Shown here: in pieces, positions 51,449 to 63,697 of the stretch
Layout of the letters: the number at the start of each line of letters is the position of its first letter
Position numbering within the stretch: position 1 is the stretch's first letter
NCBI RefSeq assembly: GCF_006345805.1
Contig: NC_043004.1
Coordinates: 12,400,001 to 12,464,000 of the forward strand
DNA from: Octopus sinensis
Lineage: Eukaryota
Reading direction: 5' to 3'
DNA: 64,000 bases
Made by a program: the position numbers and the translations under genes
Notes under the pieces: model-generated
What the model was told of the DNA's origin: nothing
The model's database searches: none
The model's input: only the letters and a program-made list of their open reading frames with translations

Positions 51449-53757
51449 CGATTGGCCCGCATCAATTTGTACAACATCTTCCCGGTTCGGCCAGGCCCTT
51501 CTTGACGTGGCTGAAGATTGTTTTCTATCGCAACATGTTGAATATCCGACAAGGCATCGGTCTGGGCAGCAGCCATCTATGCTAGATCTGGTATTCTCCC
51601 GCTATCCAAGATCAGTGTCAGACGTATCTGTGTGCGCCCCTCTTGCCAAGAGTGATCATGCGGTCCTGAAGTTCGTCATGCACACAACTTTTTCCACGCC
51701 CACGATTACTTCGCTGCCACGTAGAGTCTTCTCTGCAATTAATCTTGAAATTCTAACCGAGGCTTCCGCGCTTCTGGACTGGCGTTCCCTGATGACGTTG
51801 TCCTCAGTTGACGAACTATGGTCATCCCTCAAAGCATATGTAATCTGTTTGACTGACCAGGCAGTTCCCGTTGGACTTCCCAAGAGAAAGAAACACAAGC
51901 CCTGGGTGACGAAGAAGGTTAAACGAGAACGTCGACTCAGAGATATTGCTTGGGCTGAATTCAAAAATCTGGATTCGACTGCAGCTTTTGAGGTGTACAA
52001 AACTCAACGAGACCGAGCCGTGAAAATTGAAAAGAAAGAACGCTTCAGTTATGAATACAAAATCGCGGCAAATGCCAGTAGCAATCCAAAAACCTTCTTT
52101 GCCCATGTCCAGTGGATTTCCCGCTTGAACAACCAGATTGCAACGTTGGTAGACTCAACAGGCGTATCGATTGAGGACCCTTATCAACAGAGTCAATTAT
52201 TTGCCGAGGCTTTTTCAACTATTTTCAAACAAGATGATGGTCGTGAACCCCCTCCATTTGATAGAGCGGTACCTCCAATGCTTCGATTGATCATCACGCG
52301 GGACCAAGTCAAACGTGTTATTCAAGGCCTCGATGTCAACAAGGTCACGGCCCTGACGGCATACACCCACGGGTTATCAAAGCGTTGGCTCCGGTCATCT
52401 GCGAGCCCTTAACACGACTATTCAATATGTCATTGGCGACGGGTGTTATACCTGCAGACTGGAGAACAGCGATAATCTGCCCAATTTTCAAGAAAGGGAG
52501 CCGCGAAGACCCGCTTAACTACCGACCGGTTTCCCTTACATCAATAATCAGCAAGATGTTCGAAACCATCCTTAAGAAAAGTATGATGCTCCACCTCCTA
52601 AACACAGCCTCGATCACTGATTCCCAACACGGCTTCGTGCCGAAGAGATCATGCTTGACCAACTTACTAGTAATGGAAGAATTGGTGACGCGCATCCTCG
52701 ATGATAGTGATGCTGTTGACATCGTTTTATTGGACTTTGCCAAAGCTTTTGACTCGGTAAGCCACCGCCTACTACTTGTCAAGCTTCAAGCATATAGTTT
52801 CCATCCGGATATTGTACGATGGGTTGGTGCCTTCCTCTCAGATCGCTCCTTCCAAGTTCAAGTTAATGGTTCGCGGTCCGACGTCTCCAGTGCGAGCAGT
52901 GGCGTGCCTCAAGGTTCAGTGCTTGGGCCCTTGTTGTTCTTAGACTTCATAAATGACTTGCCCGACGACCTCACGCAACACACCCTTCTATTTGCCGACG
53001 ATATCAAACTGGTCGCTCCTCGCGGTAGTATAGAGGATCTTCGTCGATGCCTCCACCAATTTGGAAGTGGTCTAACGATTGGGACCTGTGTCTGAACGTG
53101 TCAAAGTGCTGTCATCTGCCTGTCGGCTCTACTCCTGCAACTCAACTTGATTTCGAGCCGGGTCGTCTGCTGCTGGAGAGGACCGATCAGGTAAATGACC
53201 TGGGTATCTTGGTGGATTCCTCCTTTTCGCCTTCGGCCCAGTGCGTCCATGCTGCCAACAAAGCGCGCGGAATTCTGTTTTTGATTCGACGGTCATTCGG
53301 AATGCTCACAGCAGCCATATTCCTGGCACTCTATGTCACGCTGGTGAGACCCATATTGGAGTATGGGATTCAAGCCTCTTCTCCTTATCTCCTCAAAGAC
53401 ATACAGCACCTCATTCTCGCCCACAACATCATAAGCGGGAAGTGTAACCTCTCGAAAGAGCTGTTCTTCACTCCTGCTCCGGAGCGTCGGCTGCGGGGTC
53501 ATTCCGAAAAGCTCTACCTGCGACGATTTCATCTCAATCGAAGGAGAGGAGCTTTCTCCGTCCGGGTTGCGGATCCGTGGAACAAGCTGCCAGACGAGAT
53601 GGTGAAGATGCCGACGACCGCTTTGTTCAAAGCCTCCCTGGACCTCAAGTGGCCTGAACTCTTTACATGAACACCACCCTGTACTTAACTCCATGTCCCT
53701 CTACATGGCCTTGCTATTTGCTTTTGAGCCAAATTAACTAACTAACTAACTAACTAA
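51449..53757 (+). mobile_element. Younger 5'-truncated CR1-like LINE (endonuclease end plus RT), frameshifted, with (TAAC)n tail
   Basis: ORFs 51408-52412, 52385-53095, 53047-53670 carry LDLVFS/SDH (APE end), NYRPVSLTS, DFAKAFDSV, GVPQGSVLGPLLF, FADD, RVADPWNKLP; ends (taac)6. Confidence 0.92.
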
Positions 53758-54660
53758 CTATGTTTTATAAAGTGATGTAGCCATTCTCCAAGTTCTCTAA
53801 CTTGGTCAGGACTACGCTGCTTGTGACATAATATACCAAGGTCAACTTTGGCAAAGACTTTTGCAAAGTCTAGAAATATCACGTCCACATTTGAGTGGTT
53901 GAGCACTCAGTCGTAATGCTGCAAGAGCGTTATCAGTCAGCTTCTACTTAGTGGAAAACCGTGCTGGGAGTCAGTCAGCAAGAGTCATTCTCTTCAAGGA
54001 ATGCAAGTGATATATTTCGGACTATTCGTTCCATGGCTTTGTGAAGTGTGAAGTCAGAAAGATAGGACTATAGTTTTTAGCATCTGTTTTGCTTCTTCCT
54101 TTATGAATAGGGCGTATTGTTCCCTCCGTCAGTTTGTCCAGGAGCTTACAATTTGCAGAGAAGCTCTGCAAAAGAAGCTGTTGTGGTTTTGTAAGTGTTC
54201 GTTTGCTTGACTTGAAAAGGATTGCTGTGATTCCATCGGGGTCAGCAGCTGGGGTTTCGTCTACTATTACCAGTATTATTATCTATTACCAGTATTACAT
54301 TTTTTTTTCATGTTGATGTAATCAATTGTGACTGCATCTCTTTCTACTTCTGTGGTTATAAAGAATTCTACAGGTTTGTTAACTTGTATGTGCCGTAAGT
54401 TTGGGGTGAATACATTTTTGAATTGGTAATTCAGTGTTTCACTTGACCTCATTGGGTTTCCCAGGAAGGAACCATCTTTTTAGAGGAGGGGTGCCCTACC
54501 TTGTAACGGCCGAAGACAGTTTCCTTGACGTACTTAAAGAAGGCTTTAGGGGTTAATTTAAGATTTTTCATAACCCAGGCTTCTTTGTCTGCTCTTTCGT
54601 TTTCATGCGAGCATTTCACGTTTCTCAATCTCCACCAGTGCTGTTTCTAAGCGGGATCAG
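53758..54660 (-). pseudogene. Older CR1/L2-group LINE, 5' part
   Basis: LNPKAFFKYV, AADPDGI, KNYSPI.LTS, VDVIFLDFAK.F.KVD.GILCHK, LGEWLHHFIK; the frame resumes at 51448. Confidence 0.85.
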
Positions 54661-54696
54661 CACTGCTGGAAATTCATATTATATATATGTATATCA

Positions 54697-54930
54697 TCAT
54701 CATCATCATCATCATTTAGCGTCCGTTTTCCATGCTAGCATGGGTTGGACGGTTCAACTGGGGTCTGGGGAGCCCGAAGGCTGCACCAGGCCAGTCAGAT
54801 CTGGCAGTGTTTCTACAGCTGGATGCCCTTCCTAACGCCAACCACTCCGAGAGTGTAGTGGGTGATTTTATGTGCCACCGACACAGGTGCCAGACGAGGC
54901 TGGCGAACGGCCACGCTCGGATGGTGTTTT
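54697..54930 (-). mobile_element. SINE fragment with (GAT)n tail and central motif GGTTGGCGTTAGGAAGGGCATCC
   Basis: catcatcatttagcgtccgttttccatgctagcatgggttggacg...ggatgcccttcctaacgccaacc. Confidence 0.7.
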
Positions 54931-55239
54931 ATATATATATATATATAAGTAATAATAAGAGGTGAAACTAATTAATTAGGGATAATTATCAATTACACCA
55001 AGTAGATTTCGGCATGTAAAAGCCCCATTCGAGGAAAATTTAAGTAATACTAAGTAGTTAAGGGTTTAGCAACGAATTGCCTCACCAACACACCGAATTT
55101 AGAAATAGCAGTCAAAGAGATATAGCTATTCCTTCTACTAAAAGGGGGATCTCAGTAAAAACAGCACTTGAAAGGCAAACACAGACAGGTAAGAAAGAAA
55201 GAATGAAATGACGGCAATCCATCATGCAATTTAAAGTTA

Positions 55240-55331
55240 CCTACGGACGTACGTTTCGAGATCAAGTTTTAGGATAGCATAAGAATTAGAAAATTCTACT
55301 TTACCCATACTTCTTCTCTCATCGGCGCAGG
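55240..55331 (-). ncRNA. Type I hammerhead motif (CCGATGA core)
   Basis: CCTGCG-CCGATGA-GAG..CTC-GAA-ACGTACGT-C-CGTAGG. Confidence 0.65.
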
Positions 55332-56011
55332 ATACTACAATTATGAATAATTGTATATTAAATTTTGAGATACTAGAATGCATCATCCCAACTCAGAGCG
55401 CGCTAAAGCATGACCAGTACCACGAAATTCAAAGTTTGAATGAAAGTTTGTGTCATCAGCCCCCTTCCACCCGCGTGTAGCCAAGACAGAATGCTGTGGT
55501 CACTTACTGGGATAAAATATGGTTATCAGTAATAATAAGAGGTGAAACTAATTAATTAGGGATAATTATCAATTACACCAAGTAGATTTCGGCATGTAAA
55601 AGCCCCATTCGAGGAAAATTTAAGTAATACTAAGTAGTTAAGGGTTTAGCAACGAATTGCCTCACCAACACACCGAATTTAGAAATAGCAGTCAAAGAGA
55701 TATAGCTATTCCTTCTACTAAAAGGGGGATCTCAGTAAAAACACAGCACTTGAAAGGCAAACACAGACAGGTAAGAAAGAAAGAATGAAATGACGGCAAT
55801 CCATCATGCAATTTAAAGTTACCTACGGACGTACGTTTCGAGATCACAGCATTCTGTCTTGGCTACACGCGGGTGGAAGGGGGCTGATGACACAAACTTT
55901 CATTCAAACTTTGAATTTCGTGGTACTGGTCATGCTTTAGCTCGCTCTGAGTTGGGATGATGCATTCTAGTATCTCAAAATTTAATATACAATTATTCAT
56001 AATTGTAGTAT

Positions 56012-56103
56012 CCTGCGCCGATGAGAGAAGAAGTATGGGTAAAGTAGAATTTTCTAATTCTTATGCTATCCTAAAACTTGATCTTGAAACGTACGTCCGT
56101 AGG
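56012..56103 (+). ncRNA. Type I hammerhead motif (CCGATGA core)
   Basis: Same motif; stem II closes G-T (ctt); predicted cleavage after 56097. Confidence 0.62.
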
Positions 56104-56593
56104 TAACTTTAAATTGCATGATGGATTGCCGTCATTTCATTCTTTCTTTCTTACCTGTCTGTGTTTGCCTTTCAAGTGCTGTGTTTTTACTGAGATCCCC
56201 CTTTTAGTAGAAGGAATAGCTATATCTCTTTGACTGCTATTTCTAAATTCGGTGTGTTGGTGAGGCAATTCGTTGCTAAACCCTTAACTACTTAGTATTA
56301 CTTAAATTTTCCTCGAATGGGGCTTTTACATGCCGAAATCTACTTGGTGTAATTGATAATTATCCCTAATTAATTAGTTTCACCTCTTATTATTACTGAT
56401 AACCATATTTTATCCCAGTAAATGACCACAGCATTCTGTCTTGGCTACACGCGGGTGGAAGGGGGCTGATGACACAAACTTTCATTCAAACTTTGAATTT
56501 CGTGGTACTGGTCATGCTTTAGCTCGCTCTGAGTTGGGATGATGCATTCTAGTATCTCAAAATTTAATATACAATTATTCATAATTGTAGTAT

Positions 56594-56685
56594 CCTGCGC
56601 CGATGAGAGAAGAAGTATGGGTAAAGTAGAATTTTCTAATTCTTATGCTATCCTAAAACTTGATCTCGAAACGTACGTCCGTAGG
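56594..56685 (+). ncRNA. Type I hammerhead motif (CCGATGA core)
   Basis: Same motif; predicted cleavage after 56679, 582 nt from the previous site. Confidence 0.65.
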
Positions 56686-57215
56686 TAACTTTAAATGGCA
56701 TGATGGATTGCCGTCATTTCATTCTTTCTTTCTTACCTGTCTGTGTTTGCCTTTCAAGTGCTGTGTTTTTACTGAGATCCCCCTTTTAGTAGAAGGAATA
56801 GCTATATCTCTTTGACTGCTATTTCTAAATTCGGTGTGTTGGTGAGGCAATTCGTTGCTAAACCCTTAACTACTTAGTATATATATATATCCACAGAATT
56901 AAAGTGTTCAGTCTTTGATATGTTTTAAATTACTTATCGATCAACGGAATGAGTTTATTTAAGGACAGATTACCTACAACGAATGTTCAGAGCAAAATAT
57001 TTGGAATAATAAAGAGCAGAGATTTCACTGATCTTTCATGATTTTATTCTAAATTCTATAGCTGAATTTGCAGTTAAAATGCAAACGTCATAACCATATA
57101 ATTACATGATTAATACATGAATATACATAATTAATAAATTTGAAAGAGATGACTAAGGTATTTCGTCAGGAAATTTATTGGAAATATGTTATGTTTAAAT
57201 GTGTGTGAGTTAGTG

Positions 57216-57277
<62 letters not shown>

Positions 57278-57389
57278 GTGTGTGTGTATCTACTACATAT
57301 ATATATATATATATATATTATATATAAACATACATATGTGTACACATATATATATATGTATGTGTGTGTGATGATGGATAGATAGTTAA

Positions 57390-57467
<78 letters not shown>

Positions 57468-58293
57468 GATAGATAGATAGCTAAAATAGATAGATAGATA
57501 GATATTTCGTTTATACATAAACATATGTATGGAAATGTCTTTCTCATATTATTATAGTTTAAGCCTTTCTTCCATGTGAAATCATTTCACTTTCATGCAC
57601 TTGTACAGTACACTGTTACACCCTCTTCGTCCATTTTGCCTTCCAAATTGCTTTATGAATATCCTTTTTCCCTCACACTCAACTCCTCATATATAAACGT
57701 CTTTCTCACCCGCTGAACGATTATGCACGCACCAACCTCCTCTACCCGAGAATCTATGCCACCAATCGTCAGCACTTCCAACACCTCTGCAATAATACCG
57801 CACGCCGCTTCTTCTCCATGACACGATTTTAGACACGGATACACTCATCTACTCGCATACACACACTCGTTACTTCTTAGATTCTTAACTTACCCCATAA
57901 AATGGCATTTCTATCTGGTTTCCAATCTTTCACCCATTCTTTCGCCAGTGAGTATTTCTCTTTCTCATTCTCTGAATGCATTGCACTTTCTTTTTGCTGA
58001 AGGACTAACATCCGAAACGTTTCGATGTTTTGTATTTGTATTAGGGCGATACTTTAATAGCTTTTTTGTTGAACTTTCTGCCTCCTGTGTTGTCACTTCT
58101 TATACTTCATTGCTTTTACATTATACGAATAAGATTATGATTATACACGTATGTATGTATGTATGTATGTATGTATGTATGTATGTATGTATGTATGTAT
58201 GTATGTATGTATGTATGTATGTATGTACGTATGTATGTATGTATGTATCTATGTACAAATGTACACACACACACAACCACACACACACACACA

Positions 58294-58325
<32 letters not shown>

Positions 58326-58385
58326 GTACACACATATGTGTATGCACGTATATATGTGAGTATATATGTATAAATGTGTGTGTGT

Positions 58386-58722
58386 GAGGCGCAATGGCTC
58401 AGTGGTTAGGGCAGCGGACTGGCGGTCATAGGATTATGGTTTCGATTCCCAGACCGGGCGTTGTGAGTGTTTATTGAGCGAAAACACTTAAAGCTCTACG
58501 GGGATGGTGGCGAACCCTGCTGTACTCTTTCACCACAGCTTTCTTTCACTCTTTCTTATTGTTTCTTTTGTACGTGTATTTCAAACGGTCAGCCTTGTCA
58601 CACTCTTTGTTACGCTAAGTCTCCCCGAGAACTACATTAAGGACACACGTTAATTTCACGAGCAGAATGTTCCTTCGATCGGATCAACTGGAACCCTCGT
58701 CGTCGTAACTGACGGAGTGCCA
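58386..58722 (+). mobile_element. Fourth tRNA-derived SINE family
   Basis: Head gaggcgcaatggctcagtggttagg...ggtttcgattccc; tail ggaaccctcgtcgtcgtaactgacggagtgcca. Confidence 0.75.
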
Positions 58723-58738
58723 CGACGATATATACATA

Positions 58739-58814
<76 letters not shown>

Positions 58815-59215
58815 ATATATATATATATGTATATATATATACATATATATATATGTATAATATATATACATATATATATGTATGTATATATATATATATG
58901 TGTGTGTGTGTATGCATATTTACTCGTACATGAAAATATATATAAGCATCCGGTGGCAGCGGGGTCGGTCCCATTGGTGAATGTGTTGAGGAAGTTTCAC
59001 AATACGTATGGAATAGTGTGTTTAAAGTACATGCTTGTATACATTCCAACCTACCTACATACCTACATACATACATACATATATACATACATATATACAT
59101 ACATATATACATACATACATACATACATACATACATAACTACATACATACATACATACATACATACTCGCATACATACATAAATACATACATACATACAT
59201 ACATACATACATACA

Positions 59216-59251
<36 letters not shown>

Positions 59252-59269
59252 CACATATGCACTCATTGG

Positions 59270-59485
59270 TTTACTCTTTTACTTGTTTCAGTAATTTGAC
59301 TGCGGCCATGCTGGAGCACCGCCTTTAATCGAGCAACTCGACCTCGGGACTTATTCTTTTTGTAAGCCCAGTACTTATTCTATCAGTCTCTTTTGCCGAA
59401 CCGCTAAGTGACGGGCACGTAAACGCATCAGCATCGGTTGTCAAGCAATGCTAGGGGGACAAACACAGACACACAAACACACACG

Positions 59486-59517
<32 letters not shown>

Positions 59518-59690
59518 CATATATACGACAGGCTTCTTTCAGTTTCCGTCTACCAAATCCACTCACAAGTCATTGGTCGGCCCGGGGCTATAGCAGAAGA
59601 CACTTGCCCAAGATGCCACGCAGTGGGACTGAACCCGGAACCATGTGGTTGGTAAGCAAGCTAATTACCACACAGCCAGTCCTACGCCTA
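59270..59690 (-). mobile_element. OR-like SINE
   Basis: ttactcttttacttgtttcagtaatttgactgcggccatgctggagcaccgcc...ttaccacacagcca. Confidence 0.9.
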
Positions 59691-59773
59691 TTGATGTTCT
59701 CTCTGTATGTACGCACATGTATACTCTGAATTATCTATTCACATTTATGTTTGTTCTTCTCTGTATGTCTGTC

Positions 59774-59858
<85 letters not shown>

Positions 59859-60663
59859 GTATATGTGTGTCTGTGTGTGTGTGCGCATGTGCGTGTGTGT
59901 GTTTGCATATATATGCATGTATGTATGTAATTACATATCTATCTATTTATCTATGTATCTACATATATATATATGTGTGTGTGTGTGTGTATGTATTTTC
60001 GTATAGATCTACGTAGTATGTTTGTCACGCCTATCTGCACGATAATATGTGAGACAGCGCATTTATTTGTGCGTATGTTTAAGTCTATATACGCATGTTA
60101 AGTGGATGTCCCACTGGAATTAGTTTTTGAAATGTTCAATAATTCATGCTTACTCTAAAGGCAGAAATTTCTGCGACAACATGACGCTAGCTAGAGAATT
60201 GCCATTTCTTCTATTTCTTCCAAATTCTTCAGCGTTACTTCATTTATTTCGTTCCAATTAGCAGTTTCCAGAAATAAGTTTAGTCCAACAGTATATAAGG
60301 CGACACTATTTTGGCACGTATTTTTGCGAAGAATTCAAACAGAAGAACCACCCTCTGCAGTATTTATTTATGTTTATTTATACATATTTTTTTTTTCGCA
60401 TCTTAGCACAATCCTCCCAATTTTACCGAAGAGAGAATACCACCACACCTTACCGCCACACCTTGGCACCGTAATATGAACTCAGTTGCATGTGATTCCA
60501 CAAGAGTAATATGTCTACAAGAATGCCATATGATTAGTTACGTTACTGCAAATGAGTCTTTCTGATACTGTTTCTAATCTTAAACATGATTTTCTCATCT
60601 GACACAGTCTCTTTTATCTATCTTATCTATATTTTCTATCTCTCTATCTATCGTTATTTGTCT

Positions 60664-60725
<62 letters not shown>

Positions 60726-60726
60726 G

Positions 60727-60769
<43 letters not shown>

Positions 60770-61002
60770 ATAAACATAAATATATATATATATATATACA
60801 CACACACAAGCATATATATATGAGGCAAATAAGAAAATGGGTAAACCTTGGGTAAATTTCTAATTCACCTAATACCTAATACTCAATTGTGATATTACCA
60901 TGCAATAGTAAGCACTTCGTTATAAATACTTAGGTACACATCCAGTAGTATTTGGGATATTTAATATCCCTTAGACGGTTTCTTAGCCTCTAACTCATAC
61001 AG

Positions 61003-61044
<42 letters not shown>

Positions 61045-61110
61045 TTTTTTCGTAATGAGATAAAAAAAAAATCAACGCTCTGTAAATTTAAGAACGTTTA
61101 TAGATAAACG

Positions 61111-61158
61111 ATCTTACAGCTGTTTCCAGGTTATTTATTATATCCCTTCATCGGAGAC
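61111..61158 (-). ncRNA. Hammerhead-like motif (CCGATGA core, ACAGCTGT stem III)
   Basis: GTCT-CCGATGA-AGG gatataataaataa CCT g-GAA-ACAGCTGT-A-AGAT. Confidence 0.45.
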
Positions 61159-61338
61159 GGTGTGAGAGGATAGTTAAGAAATTTTTTTATTTAGATCCGA
61201 TATAAAATAGAGAGTGAGGTGGAGGAAAGAAAAGAAAATAGATGTGAGATAAGTAGGGATGTTGTATTTGTAGATTTTGTATATGCAGAATGGTATATAC
61301 GTAAGATTTCAATACTTATGAGTAAAGTCCAATATATA

Positions 61339-61380
<42 letters not shown>

Positions 61381-61727
61381 TACACACAAGTAAGAATACA
61401 CACATATATATATATAAACATACATACATAAATGCGTATGTATGTATGTATGTATGTTTGTATGTATGCATAATTTGATAAATGTAGTGTAGGCAGGTAA
61501 AGAACTGGTATGAGGTTAAATTAGGACATATTTTTAAACATAATGATTAAGTTGTTACACGATAATAAATCAAAAGAAGGAAAGAAGTTATAAGATGTAC
61601 AGAATATCTCTTACAGCTGTTTCAGGAACGGGTGGTGCAGAAAGTTCATTTTGCGCAAAACAAGTAGGAGGTAACCATATAGCAACGATCAATTCTATTG
61701 TTGGAATATACTTATATATATATATAC

Positions 61728-61815
<88 letters not shown>

Positions 61816-62047
61816 ATATATATATATATAATATATATATATATAGATTATATATTATATATATATATATATATACATACGGCAAGGCATATTTGTGACT
61901 CAAACGAAATTGATAATTGTGTTTATATGAGTGCAAGTCCATGTGTTTGTGTTTGTGTGTATTCATATATGTATGCATGTATGTATGTATGTATATATGT
62001 ATACACATATACATACATATGTGTGTGTGTGTATGCACATATTTATA

Positions 62048-62176
62048 GGCGCAGGAGTATCTGTGTGGTATGTAGCTTGGTTCCCAACCACATTGTTCCG
62101 GATTCAGTCCCACAGCGTGGCACCTTGGGCCAAGTGTCTTCTACTATAGCATCGGGCCGACCAATCCCTTGTGGGA
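62048..62176 (+). mobile_element. Head of OR-like SINE
   Basis: ggcgcaggagtatctgtgtggta...ggattcagtccc...cgggccgaccaatcccttgtg. Confidence 0.75.
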
Positions 62177-62615
62177 TATATATTACTGAGATGTATGCAG
62201 TAATATATATCTGGAAGATCCTGGAAGGAATTGTGCAAAATTTTGGCATTGAAAGCTACACCAATGCCAGGACGAGACGACACTGCATAGTGTCAAAGAT
62301 CCCAGCAATGCCATCACGCTTCAGGACCAGCTACTGCAACAGCCTGGGTTTCAAGGGCCCACAGCTTTTTAATATTCTCCCAAAGAGTCTGAGGAACTTG
62401 TACAAAGAAGATGTAGCGGTTTTTAAATCAAAGCTGGACCTTTTCCTGTCGAGAGTCCCAGATGAGCCTACCTCACAGCAAGAGGTGCAAATGAGGGTAG
62501 CTATATGAAACTCCATTCTTCACCAAGTCCCACATATTAGAGGAGACTCTTAGTAATAACAGTGTAGTACAAAACGGGGATGCATCAGCATGGCCGCAGC
62601 TCTGATCTGAAAGTA

Positions 62616-62618
<3 letters not shown>
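62177..62618 (+). pseudogene. 3' end of CR1/L2-group LINE with tail
   Basis: YAVIYIWKILEG..NFG, GPQLFNILPKSLRNL, FKSKLDLFLSRVPDEP; tail cagcatggccgcagctctgatctgaaagtaa. Confidence 0.85.
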
Positions 62619-62674
<56 letters not shown>

Positions 62675-62693
62675 CTATATATATATATATATA

Positions 62694-63439
62694 TCTATAT
62701 ATATATCTTATTCCAAAAGGCAGATTTTATCTGCCTCCCTTTGTCTCTTATAGAAATCTACAATATAGGATTTCTTCAATTACAATTTACCTAGCATTTT
62801 TAAGGGTAGAATACATCGGGTCGTGCGCATCCAGTTTTTAAAATTTCAACCCCAATTAAGCAAAATTTCGAGAAAACTCACATTGTGGTGTGTAAGTGAA
62901 GTGCTTTTCTTAGTGTGGGCTACAGCACACACACACACACACACAAAAACGGAGCGATCTGCTTCACTCACGCTATCACCCTAATTTCTCCTCCTTTCTC
63001 TTTGCAAGTGTGCAACGATTAAAGTGAAAGTATTTATATAAAACGGATCACTCATGCTATCACCATAATTTCTCATTCTTTCTCTTTGCAAGTGTACCTT
63101 AAACCACTACTAAAAAAAAACACAGCAAACAGAAACAAATAAATACATAACGATTTACTCCTCACACAATTTCTTCAATTAGAGTTTACCTATGATTTTT
63201 CAAAGTACTTCCATTCGGTCATAACATACAAAAGTTCTTTCAATTTCACCCCCATTTCAGAAAAAATTCGAGAAAACTACCTTTTCACTTCAAAGCCTTT
63301 ACTCTGCATATTACTCCCACTTCCTCTTTACACACATAGACACGCAAATATATAAATAAAATTGTAAGCTAATGTGTGTGTGTGTGCGTGTGTGTGAGTG
63401 TGTGTGTGTGTGAGTGTGTGTGCGTGTGTGTGTGTAAGG

Positions 63440-63476
<37 letters not shown>

Positions 63477-63697
63477 TGTGTGACAGGGATGAGCCAGTCA
63501 GACTGGTCATCCTTTTTGCTACACCACTGGCTTTTAGTTCATATTAATCAAATTAATATTCACAACAAGAAGGCCTATTTATTATTATACATCAGTTCCA
63601 CACATTTACCCTGGTTCCATTTCGGACAACTGCACAAACATTTGCCATTTCACACATGTATGTAAACAAATTCCTTTCTTAAAAATTTCCTCACACC
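62694..63697 (+). mobile_element. Probable 5' non-coding part of a Helitron
   Basis: a|tctatatata.. start, aggcaga-tttta-tctgcct hairpin, internal repeats (62965/63050; 62772/63170), and it runs into helicase sequence. Confidence 0.55.

Larger units (their letters stand above)
54948..56880. mobile_element. ~580-bp hammerhead-bearing monomer in tandem plus inverted array (Penelope pLTR / non-LTR retrozyme type)
   Basis: Forward 54948-55527 and 55528-55845; inverted 55846-56427 and 56428-56880; only a handful of differences; (TA)n on both sides. Confidence 0.9.

Noticed and set aside
51408-52412. 334-aa ORF as a host gene or intact LINE ORF2
   Set aside because: Its first ~13 codons come from the antisense of the older LINE; the element is 5'-truncated and frameshifted.
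55876-55900. Second CTGATGA inside the 582-bp unit
   Set aside because: No stem II or GAAA follows.
57994-58025. ctga-agga ctaaca tcc-gaaacgt motif in a probable Penelope-like remnant
   Set aside because: Core is missing three nucleotides; at best a dead relic, and the element identity is not supported by coding sequence.
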